DNA from: Fimbriosthenelais zetlandica
Taxonomy: Eukaryota
Direction of reading: 5' to 3'
Assembly (NCBI GenBank): GCA_977030845.1
Contig: OZ365112.1
Coordinates: 19,530,001-19,594,000, forward strand
DNA length: 64,000 bases
Shown here: piece after piece, positions 62,925 through 64,000 of the stretch
Layout of the letters: the number at the start of each line of letters is the position of its first letter
Numbering within the stretch: position 1 is the stretch's first letter
Notes under the pieces: generated by a model
The model's database searches: none
What the model saw: the letters and a program-made list of their open reading frames with translations, nothing else
What the model was told of the DNA's origin: nothing
Translations under genes and position numbers: made by a program

Positions 62925-64000
62925 CAAGCCGATGCTGTGATAATGTTAGTGGAAGGCGGGAATGGATTAGGCAAGGGTAGAGGAAGGCTCTATAGAGGTC
63001 TAGTCTATACAATGGGGTACAGATTAGACATTGTAGGAGAAATACCACTAAGCCACCAGCCACATCTAAATGATGAACATACACAGAACCAAGGTATAAG
63101 AATTATTACATAGATGGATTAAATTGACCGTTAGACTTAACCCTAAGTGTATAATACCTTAACTAGTCCATCAATAATGCTCTGAACACACGTTGGTCTG
63201 AGCCCTATCGAATGTCATAAGAGACAGCGATTGGCGTAATTAGGTTTGTGCATGTTAAAGGGTCATAAAAATATCGGCGAAACCAAAGTTTACAGTAAAA
63301 AATGGTCCCGAGTCAGGTCAAGGGGGCGAGTCACTTAAGGACATAATGTTTGTAATAGTGTCAATAATATAGGGTGTTATACTAGTTTCCTTTTATATTA
63401 AATGGATTTGCTATCTAAATAATAAACCACCTTTCATAGTCTCTAGTCTACATAGCTCTCAGTCTCTGCCTCTCTTAATGGCGAGCAATTGCCAATTGCC
63501 TCAGTGCATGAGAGTAGCTCTAATACATCGATCTTTGTTTAGCTCTTCTATTATTTATAACCGGATCTTTCCGATCCAATAAAATAATGGACTCTATTTT
63601 TGTGCCCAGAGGCAGGCAGGAATACGCCTGTGGTCGGAGTTCAATATTAGACGCGCGTATAGGAGGTGTAACTGATTCATTCACCCATACACAAATGTTC
63701 CCAGTGTTACTGAATGAAGCCTTAAAATTGAGGGAGAAATTATTCCAATGACGCAATCATTGGTAATCATGACATAAAAAGGCTTTCTAAAGTTGGCAGC
63801 AGTTGCAGGGCCCAAGGTCAGAAATTATTCAGCGAGACACGCCAAAAAAAATGGGAGGCAAGTCCGGGAACGATCCAAGTGGTACCAATCATGCCATTCG
63901 ACACCAATGTCCTAAAAGGGGCAGTCGCAAGTTTATTCATATGACATTGATAACAAGACGTATTATTCATTAGAGGAGGATTTTATGTTAAAGTTATCCA

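Overview
Eukaryotic (invertebrate bilaterian, protostome-like), AT-rich genomic DNA. Almost the whole window is one large intron-rich gene on the minus strand: a canonical ankyrin (Ank2/unc-44 family). I reconstructed it exon by exon from GT-AG boundaries and reading-frame continuity. It encodes 24 ANK repeats (mostly 99-nt modules, 45384->29812), a linker, ZU5-ZU5-UPA (17990->9427), a death domain (about 9620->9170) and a low-complexity C-terminal region that continues past coordinate 1. No prokaryotic system, CRISPR array or RNA gene is supported. Beyond the core gene, the sequence shows: several candidate alternative first exons; frame-preserving microexons, one matching the position of the vertebrate ankyrin-B MMVNRTTE insert; a possible tail-anchored isoform; Ser in place of the palmitoylated Cys of repeat 1; a cluster of RFX X-box motifs in the 5' introns; a 51-bp minisatellite; and a frameshifted relic of a LINE-ORF1-like protein fused to a NADAR domain in the intron after the first ANK-repeat exon. 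All splice and isoform calls are predictions without transcript data.
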